A stretch of 64,000 nucleotides of DNA, taken from sequence record OQ603353.1. The stretch is one strand, 5' to 3'. Positions 9,276 to 20,486 of this stretch are shown piece by piece. Each line of letters opens with the position of its first letter. The first letter of the stretch is position 1. Below the pieces are notes generated by a model. The model was not told where the DNA came from. It did not search any database and saw only the letters and a program-made list of their open reading frames with translations. The position numbers were made by a program, and so were the translations under genes.

Positions 9276-10523
9276 GTGAGCGACACGAAGATTAAGAAGA
9301 AGTCCAAGAACAAGGATGGGAAGGTCAAGAAGAAGTCCAAGTCTACGGAGGTTGCAGTACCCGTAAGCGATACGGTGGACAATCGCAGCCTCGCTGTACG
9401 CTGGCGTCCGAAGGACATTGACGACCTCGTTGGTCAGACGGAGATCATCAACAAGTTCCGGGGCATGTTGAAGACAAAGAAGATTCCGGGCGCGATCCTG
9501 CTGGTCGGTCCCACTGGCTGTGGCAAGACCACTGTTAGCCAGATGATCGCTCGGTACGTCAACTGCGAAACCATGAACGCATGTGGCAAGTGTCAGAACT
9601 GCCTGATGCCGATTGAGTCCCATCCTGACTACGAGCAGGTGAATGCTTCGGAGAAGCGTGGCATCGACGACGTGCGCGCGATCATCCAGCGCAGCAAGAA
9701 TCGTCCGCGCCTCGGTAACCTTCGCATCCTGCATCTGGACGAAGTGCACCAGCTTACGCCACAGGCTGCTGAGGCCCTGCTGGTGCCGCTGGAGAAGCCA
9801 CCGGAACAGACGCTGTATATCCTGAGCACCACCGATCCGCAGATGCTCAAGCAGACGATGCGCAATCGCTGTGTGCCGATGAACATCCAGCTGGTGCCGA
9901 CGGCGGACGTAATCAAGCGCATCAAGTTCATCGCAGGGAAGGAGAACATCAAGATCGGTGACTCGGTGATCGAGCATCTGGCCAACCTGTCCCAGGGTTA
10001 CATGCGTGACAGTGTGCAGTTGCTGGAAGCTGTGCAGATGCAGCTGGCCAACAACTCGAAGCTCAGTGACGATGAACTCAAGGTCATCTTGAGCAACAAT
10101 GCACAAGCCGGTGGTCAGGAAGGTCTGGACGATCTAGCGATCAAGGTACTGACTGCGTGCTACGGGCTCAACCGTGTTGGCGTCGCCAAGTACATGCTCG
10201 ACCTGCGTACCGATTGGGTGCCGTTCCTGTCCAAGTGCATCTGGCTGAATCAGTACATCGTGGACGCGGAACTGACCAAGAACATGCGCTACCACCCGAA
10301 CGTGTGGCATAACCCACTCAACAAGCGCTTCGCGTCTGTTATCAAGAACTCGGTCGAGGGCTTCGATCCCGGCAAGGGCAAGGTGATTGAAATGCTTGCA
10401 TCGTTGCAGCGCACCCTGATCGACCTCCGACAGAAGTGTATCAGCGGCGGCATCGCCAGTGTCGAGCGTATGATGATTACCTCCCACCTGATCGGCTGGG
10501 TTGTGGATTCCAAGAAGGGATAA
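9276..10523 (+). CDS. dnaX: DNA polymerase III gamma/tau-like clamp loader subunit
   Basis: LAVRWRP...LVGQ, GPTGCGKTT, Cys4 cluster, LDEVH, RNRC; GTG 9276 follows GGAG. Confidence 0.9.
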   Translation: MSDTKIKKKSKNKDGKVKKKSKSTEVAVPVSDTVDNRSLAVRWRPKDIDDLVGQTEIINKFRGMLKTKKIPGAILLVGPTGCGKTTVSQMIARYVNCETMNACGKCQNCLMPIESHPDYEQVNASEKRGIDDVRAIIQRSKNRPRLGNLRILHLDEVHQLTPQAAEALLVPLEKPPEQTLYILSTTDPQMLKQTMRNRCVPMNIQLVPTADVIKRIKFIAGKENIKIGDSVIEHLANLSQGYMRDSVQLLEAVQMQLANNSKLSDDELKVILSNNAQAGGQEGLDDLAIKVLTACYGLNRVGVAKYMLDLRTDWVPFLSKCIWLNQYIVDAELTKNMRYHPNVWHNPLNKRFASVIKNSVEGFDPGKGKVIEMLASLQRTLIDLRQKCISGGIASVERMMITSHLIGWVVDSKKG

Positions 10524-10762
10524 TGAGCAAGGTCATTGAATACGTCGGGGACGACGCTATGGAGCGGCTGTGCAAAGACATGGCCGCAGACGTGTTGCAA
10601 CACACTGATCCATTCAAACGGGCAACCGTGTACGAAGATTTACGCTTGACCCGCAAGATATTCATTAAGCTGCCTTTGGGATGGCACGAAGTAGTGGGCT
10701 TCCACGTCATCGGTACCACTCCTGAAACTGTGCAGCCACTACTCACTATGGTGAACAGATGA
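10523..10762 (+). CDS. hypothetical protein
   Basis: Coupled ORF starting MSKVIEY. Confidence 0.6.
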   Translation: MSKVIEYVGDDAMERLCKDMAADVLQHTDPFKRATVYEDLRLTRKIFIKLPLGWHEVVGFHVIGTTPETVQPLLTMVNR

Positions 10763-11202
10763 ACACCGATAAGAGCGCCACGACCGAAGCTTTCACCAAG
10801 CGTAACGCCAACCGAAAGAAAGACAATCAAGTAGCCACAGCAAAACGGGATCGCCGTGATGCTCGCCGCAAGACAGTCAAGCTGGCCCGCAAGGTGGAGC
10901 ATCTTGAAGGGGAAGTGATTCGGTTGCGCTCAGAAAAGTCTGCCGCGCTGCGCGACGTTCAAATGTTGGGAGCAGAGAACAGCACGCTGGAGGTGGAGGT
11001 GGAAACGCTAACCGCCACCATCGCCGAGCAGGCCGAAGAGTTGGCTGAGGTGTATGCCAAGAAGCACGACGCCGAACGAGAAGCCCGCGAGTGGATGCTG
11101 GCCCGTGGCTGGTGGAAGCGACAGGCAGCGCTACTGACGTGTGGTGTGATCGGTCTGTTCATCACCCTGATGGCCCTCATCTTCAAGAGTAACAATGGCT
11201 AA
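10759..11202 (+). CDS. coiled-coil protein with C-terminal transmembrane helix
   Basis: Heptad-rich middle; hydrophobic ALLTCGVIGLFITLMALIF at the end. Confidence 0.65.
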   Translation: MNTDKSATTEAFTKRNANRKKDNQVATAKRDRRDARRKTVKLARKVEHLEGEVIRLRSEKSAALRDVQMLGAENSTLEVEVETLTATIAEQAEELAEVYAKKHDAEREAREWMLARGWWKRQAALLTCGVIGLFITLMALIFKSNNG

Positions 11203-13510
11203 GAAGCAGAAGCTGGGGTGGCGATTCGGCCACCTCAGCCTCACCAATGTTGTGTATTTCAAGAAGGCGGAGTTAGACCTCGGGTACGAGGGAACCACCG
11301 TCATCAAAGGTCTGAACAAGAACTCTCGGCTCAAGCGCAAGACCAGCAACGGCGTAGGTAAGTCGGTGTTGGTTGCATCCCTCGCCAACGTGGTGCGCAA
11401 CTCGGCACCAGCACTCAGCATCGGCAAGCGCAACAGTGGTGCCAAGACCAGCCTGCTAATCAAACCGAACAGTGCGATTGAGTTTGACGTTCGGTGTAAT
11501 GGCAACGACTACGGCATCAAGAAGTACCGAGACAAGTCTGCGTCAGTGAAGTATCAGATCACCGAGAACGGTAAGGATATGAAGTTCCCTACCGCAACCA
11601 AGGCCGAAGCGCACATCGCTGACACCTTGTTCCCTATTTCGGATGATGAGTTCTACAGTTACGTCTATCTGCATGGCACCCGTACCTTCCCGTTGCAGAT
11701 GGGCACCTCCACGGATCGTATGCAGTTCTTCTCTGATATGTTCCGGCTGGAGAAGTTCGACTTGGTACGCGCGGCATGTAATGCACGACGCAACGAGTTG
11801 AAGGACAGCGAGATTCGGATCAAGGAACTACGCAAGCAGCTGGCTACCTTGGACGAAGAAGCGGGACGCGTAGACATTGATATGCTGCGTGCTAGGGCTG
11901 TCAAGTATCAGGGCAAGATCAAGAAGCTGGAGAAGAAGGTCAAGCGCCTGCGTAGTCGCCAGCGCATCTACACGGTCTACACCACGCACGCAAAGGAATG
12001 GGAGAAGCTGGATCACAGCATTCCGTTGAAGGACCAGCTGAAACAGGTCAGCGCCAAGATCACGAAGCTGGATGAGGCTGCAATCGCATGGCGCAAATAC
12101 GAACGCCACCAAGATGACTTGACTCGCTGGAAGGCCGAGTACCTCAAAGCCACCGAGAAGGCGGGTAAGCTCACGCTGGAAAAGTGCAGGGAGAAGATCG
12201 AAGGGGCCAAGCGAGCGGACCGGGATGCACGTCGAGCACTGGATGGACTGCGCAAGCCGACCCAACCCGAGGCCGTAGCCAAGGCCACGTTCAACCCTGC
12301 TGACTACGGGTTGGAAGGCGACACGTTCAAGCACTGGATCGTGGCAGCCGATAAGGAACGTGCACGCTTTGAAGCACTGATCGGTCTACAGAAGCAGATC
12401 AACAAGATCGGTAGCAAGGGTGGCAAGTGTTTCGTGTGTGGCTCGAAGGGAGGGAAGGCCACTGACCATCTGCCCGAGTACGAGAATCAGGCGAAGCGCT
12501 GGCGCAAGGCAACAGAGCAGATCGAAGCAGCACGGGACTACGCTGAGTATCAGGAAGAGGCAGCAGAGTACGAGAAGGAACTGTCGGCATTCAAGAAGCA
12601 GCGCAAGAAGCTGCAAGCGATCCTTGATGACTTGCCCGACGTGTCCAAGTACGAGAAGGCCATCAAGTATCTGGAATGGCTGGAAGAGAACCCCAAGCCC
12701 AAATGGAAGGGCGACGTTCCTGAGAAGCCCAGCACCAAGGCACGCGACAAGTTGGTTGCACAGCAGTCGGTGATCCGCACCCTGCTGCCCGTTGAAGAAC
12801 AGTTGAGGGAAGCGGCGCAGATCGACGTTGAGGAACTCCGATCGGCGGACAAGGAATATGAGTCGGTAAGCAAGAAGCTGTCTAACACGGTGGCCAAGAA
12901 TGCGGAGCTTGCACCTCGCATTGAGTATCAGGAGAAGCTGTTACGCGCCATCAAGCAACTTCGGGCGCAGGTACGCAACATCGGGGCAGACTTGGAAGAC
13001 CTCCCGATCCTCGACAGCCTGATCGACATCTACTCCAAGAACGGCCGCAAGCTGGAGGTGATGAAACAGTTCGCCCTGAGCCTAGAGCATCACATGAACG
13101 CTAACGCCCCACTGGTGTTCCCGGAGCCTATGCGCTTCGAGTTCGTGGTGCAGGCGAACAACTTTAGCATCAACGTCACCCGAGGGACTGGCAAGGAAGC
13201 GCTGACTTCTGACGTTCGGTTCCTCAGTGGTGCCGAGAGTAAGCAGTTCAACCTATGCCTAGTGAAGTCCCTGCTTCCGATGATACCTGCCTCGCGCCGC
13301 GCCAACATCATTGTGCTGGACGAATGCGAAGCGAACCTCAGCGAGGCAGCGCGTGACCTGTACGTAAACGACTTCATCCCAGCATTGCAAAAGGTAGTGC
13401 CGCACGTCATCGTCATCACTCCACTAGATGACGTATATCCATCCGCCCGAGTCTTCACCGTGGTCAAGGATGGCAACGAATCCAAACTCATTTCAACGGG
13501 TATGTCATGA
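11195..13510 (+). CDS. SbcC/Rad50-like SMC ATPase
   Basis: SNGVGKS Walker A, coiled coils, central CFVC zinc hook, FLSGAE signature, IIVLDE Walker B. Confidence 0.9.
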   Translation: MAKKQKLGWRFGHLSLTNVVYFKKAELDLGYEGTTVIKGLNKNSRLKRKTSNGVGKSVLVASLANVVRNSAPALSIGKRNSGAKTSLLIKPNSAIEFDVRCNGNDYGIKKYRDKSASVKYQITENGKDMKFPTATKAEAHIADTLFPISDDEFYSYVYLHGTRTFPLQMGTSTDRMQFFSDMFRLEKFDLVRAACNARRNELKDSEIRIKELRKQLATLDEEAGRVDIDMLRARAVKYQGKIKKLEKKVKRLRSRQRIYTVYTTHAKEWEKLDHSIPLKDQLKQVSAKITKLDEAAIAWRKYERHQDDLTRWKAEYLKATEKAGKLTLEKCREKIEGAKRADRDARRALDGLRKPTQPEAVAKATFNPADYGLEGDTFKHWIVAADKERARFEALIGLQKQINKIGSKGGKCFVCGSKGGKATDHLPEYENQAKRWRKATEQIEAARDYAEYQEEAAEYEKELSAFKKQRKKLQAILDDLPDVSKYEKAIKYLEWLEENPKPKWKGDVPEKPSTKARDKLVAQQSVIRTLLPVEEQLREAAQIDVEELRSADKEYESVSKKLSNTVAKNAELAPRIEYQEKLLRAIKQLRAQVRNIGADLEDLPILDSLIDIYSKNGRKLEVMKQFALSLEHHMNANAPLVFPEPMRFEFVVQANNFSINVTRGTGKEALTSDVRFLSGAESKQFNLCLVKSLLPMIPASRRANIIVLDECEANLSEAARDLYVNDFIPALQKVVPHVIVITPLDDVYPSARVFTVVKDGNESKLISTGMS

Positions 13511-15433
13511 ACGACCAAACACCGAACCTACACGTCAGGGTAGTGGACACGCAAGAGACGACCTTGATCGTTCCACCTGAATTCACCACTCCGGGCTGCT
13601 ACGACGTTACTGATCCTGCGGTTGGTGCCGCAGTGCAGAAGCTGGTACACATGGCAGCGCATTCCTATCAGGGTGTAAACAACACCGCAGCTAATCGGGC
13701 TGCGATCACCAGTCGCGTCAACGAAGTGTTCACCAACCTGCAAGCGCGTGGTGTCTCCTTCTATCGTGGCGAGGCGAAGCCGGGCAATCAGGTAGTGGGT
13801 TTCGTTGCCCGTGCCCATCCGATGCGCCCCAGCGAAATCAACATCGTTCCCCTGCTACACAAGTCGCTGGACCTGCACGATACCGATGAGAACGAGGAAC
13901 AGGAGGATACCGAAGATGGTAACGAAGAGTGAGCTAGAGAACTCCACGGGTGAGTTCAGCAAATTGATTTGGGGAGCGCAGCTGGTATCCATTTCACACG
14001 CAGGCACCGAAGTGCTGTGCGAAATGGAAAGCGGTGAAGTGCTGTGCATCGTAGCCGATGGCGCACGGCTAGTAATCAACTTCCCAACTGAACTGATCCT
14101 GCCTGTACCTGTAGGCGATTGGGCGATAAACGGGAACACCGCAAGCTGCTACGCTGAGGACAAGGAGCTTTACTTCCAAATCTACCCCGAAGGTGAGGAG
14201 CCGTTCTCTAAACTCTCCACCCGCGTTGCCAACATTTACTTCATGAAGAGGAAGACCGATGCAGCAGTTTAACCACGTCGAAGAAGCGGGATCGTGGCCC
14301 GAGGCGTATGACAATGCAGTGAAGGCAGAGCGACGCCTACCGCACTACAGCAATCGGATCATCCATCTGGATGCCAGCATGGAGGGCAGCTTCATTCTAA
14401 CCGTCATCTATCAGCGCATCGAAGTGCGGATCGCTATGGCAGGTCACTCCAAGACCACCCGTGATGACGTGGAGCGTTGGGCAGAAGTGGTTGCCATTGC
14501 CAACGAGGTTGTAACCGAAGTCGTCAACCACCTGCACGCTAACGGGTGCCGCCTCAAGTACAAGCGCAAGACCATCGCCGCCCTCACTGTCAAGGATGAC
14601 CTGTCGGTCGTCACTATCTACCCGGAGAAGTAACATGCAAGAAGCTGGAATCGAAATCCCCTCCATGAGTGTTGAAGAACGCCTCGCCTCCCTCACCCGT
14701 GACTTGGCTGCTACCCGCACTGCACTCCAGCAGTCCACGCAGCTGCTCGGTATGAAAGAACTGTTCCTGCAATGCCTGACCTCCGCGCTGCTCACCCAAG
14801 GCGTTCGGATCGAGGCCAACGGCAACGTGGTCAATCAGGCAGCGGACGAACAGCGCGCACTGGTCACTGTGCTGACGCAGAAGCTGGAAGACGTGACTGC
14901 GGCCAATGAGAACTACGTTCGCATGATCGAAACCGCCCAGCAGAACGTTGAGGCACCCGCTGCGGTCCTGCCGCTGAACACGGAAGCTGCTGCTCCTGCA
15001 TCTGCTGATGGGGAATACCCGGATGACTAACTGGTCCCCATCCATCACTCAAGCAATCAGGATTGGCCGTGGTCCTACCCTCGGGCGCGGTCCTGCGGTC
15101 AATGGTCAGCGTGAGGCACCCAAACGTACATCGTATCCCGACGATAGCTTGGGCATGAACAAGGTAGCTCCTGTTCCGCCTATCGCCAAGAAGAACAAAG
15201 TAGATGCCAGCGATCCGTTGCCGCTTATCATCCAGCTACTGCGCATGCTTGGTTACACGAAGATCACTTCCAGTGAACGCATCGCCATGCAGCGCCTGCT
15301 GGATGATCCGTCACACCCCAAGCACCTGTCGGTCATGCACCAGCTGATTGCAGACCCTCGCAGTATGGAACTGGTCCGTAAGTATTACACCATCATGGGT
15401 CATATCCCGAAAGCGGTGCGTGGCCTGTTCTAA
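13507..15433 (+). other. run of five hypothetical genes (13507-13932, ~13916-14272, 14259-14633, 14635-15030, ~15023-15433)
   Basis: Overlapping start/stop codons and host-like codon use; no recognisable motifs. Confidence 0.6.
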
Positions 15434-15789
15434 TGATCGTTGGTGTAACAGGAGGGCGGGACCTAGGTGAAGAGGATAGAGCCTGGGTCTACAAGAAGCT
15501 CGACCGCTACCACAAGAAGTACCAGTTCACTCATCTTGTCCACGGAGGGGCAAGAGGGTTGGATACGTTAGCCGATCAATGGTGTGAGACGAAGCCGGGT
15601 GTGCAACCTGTGTGCTGCCGTGCCATGTGGAGTCGTGATGGCAACAAGGCAGCCGGGCCGATCAGGAATAGGGCAATGCGTCCTCTGATAGCTCGGCTCT
15701 TGTCGTTTCCCGGCGGTAACGGAACCAAGGATATGACTGACCACTGCGCACATCACGGTGTGCCAATCACAAGGATCAAAGCACCATGA
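15433..15789 (+). CDS. SLOG/YspA-like DUF2493 protein
   Basis: VGVTGGRD, LVHGGARGLDTLA, AAGPIRNRAM, FPGGNGTKDM. Confidence 0.85.
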   Translation: MIVGVTGGRDLGEEDRAWVYKKLDRYHKKYQFTHLVHGGARGLDTLADQWCETKPGVQPVCCRAMWSRDGNKAAGPIRNRAMRPLIARLLSFPGGNGTKDMTDHCAHHGVPITRIKAP

Positions 15790-17979
15790 CAAAGTACGGT
15801 GAAGGACTGGGCAGCAGCTGCTCGGGCAAGGGCCTGCGCTCACCCACCAAAGGACGCGCCCGTGGTTTCAGTCGAACCACGATGGCTGCACTCACTGACC
15901 CCGATCGTCAACCCATTGAGGACACTATGAAGAAGTCTGAACTCGGTAACACCAGCAGTCAGGATCAAACCAACCTCCCCTACGCCAACCAGCCGGAAGG
16001 AGACAACCGCATGGGTGATCCTACGCCGCCGAAGACCCGCGAAAAGTATTTCTCTGACCTCGCCAGCAGCCTACAGGGCCATGCGCGTTGCCTGAGCTAC
16101 AACGATGAGAACGGGCCACTCAAGCATCGCCTGCACGAAGCATCCCATGCTCTCGACAGCGTGGCCATTCGCGTCCACAAGAAGAAGGACGGGCTGCTGC
16201 TTATCACCGGACGTGGCAAGTCTAGGTTCGCTACTGCCCGTGAACGACTGGCCATCTGGCTGCTGCGCGGCAACACGGGGATCGAGGTATGATCGACAGC
16301 GAATTCCAAGACCGGGGTGCTCCCCACCTCCCGCGTCCTACCGACACACTGAGCACCAGCGACCCACACAGGAACGTCTCCGGCAAAGCTCAATTCTGGC
16401 CAAAGGGAGTAAAGAAGCCTGACCCCATCGACGATCCACGCCTGCACGATCCCGAATACGCAGACTACAGCATCAAGAAGGGAGACGAAGTTTACGCAGC
16501 AGGCTGGACCCTGACGCCGCTGTACGTGGTGGACGTGAACTGGGCCCTACGCGCAATAGCAGTACGCCTAGGCCATACGGGTGACATTGTGATCTGGAGC
16601 GTCATGGGCAAGGTGAAACGCCATGATTGAGCCGTCGCCCATCTTCATGCAGATTAAGAAGCGCGGGTTAGAGCGGATGGAGCGCCTGCATCTTGATCCC
16701 TACGACCTCACCCACCTTCGGGCCTACGTGGTCGAGCACTGCAACATCAACTACGAAGAATGGGAACAAGCGATGGCGGGTGGCACCATCTTTGGCCATC
16801 CCTTCGATCCCGAAGACTTTGCCTGTATGCAGGTGCTGGTAATGATCTGCACCAAACTTGAACCACCGAGGGAGAACCAGCTATGTGGCAAGTAGTCGCC
16901 TTCGTGGGCGCTATTATCATCGTGGGACTAATCATCCGCCTGTCAGAAGTGTACCGCGAAGTCCTTAGCCCCTTGAGCAACAAGGAAATGCTCCAGCTGT
17001 ACGCAGACAGGGCGGCAGAGCGTATGATTGCAGACGGGCTAGACCCCACGCGCATCGAGGACATTGACGAGTTCTACAGGAAGCTGACGTTCACCGACAG
17101 TCCTGACCCCTTCCTCGATCACTACTGTACTCGGGTGTACGGCCAGCCCTTCGATCCCTTCAACACCCAGCACCTGCTGGCCATCTGCGAGCAGTCATAC
17201 CCAGCCTACCAACAAGCCCACTACCTCATGCAGCGGGAAAGGAGAACCCAGTGAACACGCTCATGCGCGACAAAGCAGAAACCATCTTGGAGCTTTTGGA
17301 CCAGCTGATTGAGGAAGACCGGCAGGCTAACGCAGACATCAACTATTGGGGACCGGGTGACAAGGATTTGGCGGCTGCACGCGCCAGCATGGCTGCATAC
17401 CTGACGGGCATCTGTCCAGCACCGCACGCACATCCTTCCGGCTACCCCTACGACGACCCATACGCACGCCCGGCTACCTTCACCCGCGATCTAGTCCCGC
17501 CAAAGTCTAACTCCACGTCCCAGATTATGGAGGCTGCGGCGGAGTCTGAGAATAGGAGGAAGGACAGGAAGGAGGCAATAGACCTGCTTCGGATCGATCA
17601 CCCCAACCTAGCTACGATTCTAGAGCAGGATAGGGCGCTGCACAGGTACAACGAACTACTCGGTCTGGAGGGTAGTTCTGAACTGATTGCCCTTCTCACC
17701 TTCCTGACCAGCATCGAGCAGCAGGACCAGCTTACCTACACGCTGACCGCCAAGATTCCCCACACTCTGGGAATCCACATCCTGCTGCCCCTGCTGCCCA
17801 ATCTACCCCTGTGTCTGCACCACCACAGCCCCGCAGGGAACACGGTGCACACCCTGACCATCGACCACCTCAGTATCGACGCCCTCGACCCAGCCAGCAG
17901 CCACAGGGTCATGGAGGTTACGGTCAAGACAGAGCGATGCCTGCCCGCAAACATCCTGGGAACGGTGTGGCACTCCTAA
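15786..17979 (+). other. run of C/A-rich hypothetical genes (15786-16292, 16289-16630, 16623-16895, 16883-17254, 17251-17979)
   Basis: Coupled ORFs; + strand visibly C-rich and G-poor. Confidence 0.55.
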
Positions 17980-18279
17980 CCTCCCTCCGGCAATCCCTAT
18001 TCCCCTGTCCCTCCACTCTAGGCCCAGCCACTCCCCACCCCGGCTATCCTCCCCTGCACATTCCCTCCGGCAAAAGCTTCCCACCCCACTAACAAGGTAG
18101 TTAGGGATAGGGAGGATAGGGAGACAACCATAGCAGCATAGACAGTGAGGGAAGAGAATACAGGGAAGAACATAGGGGAGGAAGCATAGACAGGGGATAA
18201 GCCTACTGCACACAATACAGAGAGCACAGGGACATAAGCTGGTATCCACCCCATAGAGAAGAAGGAGCATAGGAAGATC

Positions 18280-18778
18280 ATGCAAGAGATAGCAGCTACG
18301 CATCCAGATCATACGTTCCAGAATGAAGTAACCACCCTACAGGAGCAGACTAGGCAGTTAGTAGACAATGACCTAATCTCCCCCCCCTATGGTCAGAGCT
18401 ATCCTCTCGGAGCAGCGCTCCACCGCCCTACTGTCTGACCGCACGGCAATCATTGGTCATCCTACACTGACTGCCCTGCTTACCAACCCATTCACCATCA
18501 CGGGAGGATCACCCTATTACATCCTGTCGCTATGGGGAATCCACGTCTCCCCATTGCTGACCCTACTCGACACAGCGATCCAAGCTGGGCATAACAGCTG
18601 TGTGATCGACTGTTCTCAATCGGACTACAACACGAAACACCTCACCTACTGCGTGACCATCCTGTCTGCCGACCCAATTCGGGGCCTAGTGTCGATCCAC
18701 TGCCGCCATCCCTTACCCCAACACCTATTGTCATCGCATCCCCATCAAAAACCTCTAGAAGTCGGTTACACCCACTGA
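18280..18778 (+). pseudogene. gene split at a C8 homopolymer
   Basis: ORF from ATG 18280 (AGGAAG upstream) joins the 18389-18778 ORF in frame if C8 at 18380-18387 were C7. Confidence 0.45.
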
Positions 18779-18804
18779 GTAATCGGGCAGATAAGGCAAC
18801 AGGG

Positions 18805-19259
18805 TGCCATTTTGGCATCATCTGGACAACTACCGGAGTTTAGGGCAGTAAAGACCAGTATTTTCGTGCGAACACCTTGCAGACCCCTAGGGCTTCCCCT
18901 TTGAACGAGTGGAGGCCCTTCTTTTTGACCGAAATATGACTGATTGACCATCTGAATGACCGGAGTTGCCATTTTGGCACCTTATAGTAGAGGCCGAAAG
19001 AAGATTTTCTTCTCGGACCTCGGGCATCCCCTCATGCGTTGCCAAAATGGCACCGTCGGAGTGTCGGAATACACCCGAAAATGGCCCTTGACGTGGTACC
19101 CCACAGGGCGAAAAATTTAGGGGCTCCAGGATGCGTCTAGACACCCGATCCTTGCCAAGGATTACCGAGTTTGACGCAAGGATTTTTCAAATATTTTGAG
19201 TCTGAGCAGGCCAATCCTGTAAATATTGGGTGTGGGCAAAACAGGGTGCCAAAATGGCA
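18805..19259. repeat. cluster of four TGCCA-N3-TGGCA palindromes
   Basis: Copies at 18805-18817, 18967-18979, 19040-19052 and 19247-19259. Confidence 0.9.
19218..19225 (+). promoter_or_regulatory. candidate phage promoter TGTAAATA
   Basis: AATCCTGTAAATA upstream of the gene starting at 19347. Confidence 0.6.
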
Positions 19260-19346
19260 ACATCACTGCCCTGTCCGAACAATTTTTCGACGCAGAACGC
19301 ACCCTCCGTCCGAGGGTATGAATTTTTTGATGGCCGAGGGTCAAAA

Positions 19347-19877
19347 ATGACCAAAATTTCAGATATTTTACCCGACGACGCAGTGACCGAAGTGGTGCGA
19401 TCTGTTTTGCATCGCCTAGTGGTGGTCCGAGGCCTTTCCCTCTCCGAAATCATCAGGGACAACAGCGATATTGATCCTGACCTGTTCGGGGCACGACTTT
19501 TCTCAGTGATCGCCAACACCGAGGTGCAAATTCCTGTCTCACCGAAGGGGACCGAGGCAGCGCTCTCAGATTCAAGGGAGGACCGAGGGTACAAGAGGGG
19601 TGTGCGCGATTATGTGCTGTTCCGGCAGGACAAGAGTGGCAGGGGACGTCGGGAGTACCTGCACGTGAGCACGAATCTGTACGGGTGGCAGCAGTCCATA
19701 CCCCAGGATGCGCTGACTCACTTTGAGAGCGTAGAGGCGGTCCAGAATCGGGTGAACGGGATGCGACTCGATCCCGGCTACTTCTACTACACCGCTACCG
19801 CTGACGATCTGATAGACGAAGCGCTGCATAAGGTAGGGATAGTCCAGCATGCTATCGAGGTGGCCGAAGATGTTTAG
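19347..19877 (+). CDS. hypothetical protein
   Basis: Start trimmed to ATG 19347, past the motif block. Confidence 0.65.
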   Translation: MTKISDILPDDAVTEVVRSVLHRLVVVRGLSLSEIIRDNSDIDPDLFGARLFSVIANTEVQIPVSPKGTEAALSDSREDRGYKRGVRDYVLFRQDKSGRGRREYLHVSTNLYGWQQSIPQDALTHFESVEAVQNRVNGMRLDPGYFYYTATADDLIDEALHKVGIVQHAIEVAEDV

Positions 19878-19989
19878 GATCAGCCCAGCCCTGTATGGGG
19901 TCAAGGGATGGACCGAGTTGGCTTCCGCTGTGGGAGTGAGGAAACGTGGGAAGAGTAAATACACTAGGAAGAGGGGTAAGCGGAAATGA
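19870..19989 (+). CDS. 39-aa peptide with basic C-tail RKRGKSKYTRKRGKRK
   Basis: Translated by hand; ATGA overlap with the next gene; tail shared with 35594-35764. Confidence 0.7.
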   Translation: MFRISPALYGVKGWTELASAVGVRKRGKSKYTRKRGKRK

Positions 19990-20486
19990 AGTTGAGTGAC
20001 ATTCTGACTGAGCGGGATTTGATTGATCTGGCAGATGAGGTGTCGTCCGGTAACTACGAATCCCTGCTGGAGAAGCTGGGTGGGTATGAGTTTGAACCAC
20101 CCTATATGATCGGGGTAGCGGTAGAGGCACACAAGCTTGCAACGTGCGCTACCGAGGATGATCCTCCCCTGATATGGGATAGCGTGTCGCCGGAGTCGAT
20201 GCAGAAGTTAGGTGAGGGGCTGGCCGATAGTATGCACACCCTGCCCATGCAGCCGGGTACCACACGCAGGTTGCTAGGCAAGAGGGAGACAGACTGGAAC
20301 CTACGAGAGGCCGTGAGCTTGGCTGAGGCTCGGGTGTTCCGTAGCATGTCAGGACTCAGGGCAGTACGGGTTGATGAGAATGGTGATCCCCTGCGAGGAC
20401 CAGCATACGAGGCGGGCGAGTGGAGTCTGCGTAACTGGGAAGCAATCAAGCGTGACCAACAAGGAGAAAGCAATGCTACAGATTGA
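19986..20486 (+). CDS. hypothetical protein
   Basis: ORF track; coupled to the upstream peptide. Confidence 0.65.
   Translation: MKLSDILTERDLIDLADEVSSGNYESLLEKLGGYEFEPPYMIGVAVEAHKLATCATEDDPPLIWDSVSPESMQKLGEGLADSMHTLPMQPGTTRRLLGKRETDWNLREAVSLAEARVFRSMSGLRAVRVDENGDPLRGPAYEAGEWSLRNWEAIKRDQQGESNATD

Noticed and set aside
19955-19962. AGTAAATA as a tenth promoter
   Set aside because: Lacks the CCTG prefix and lies inside the conserved SKY codons of the 39-aa peptide.
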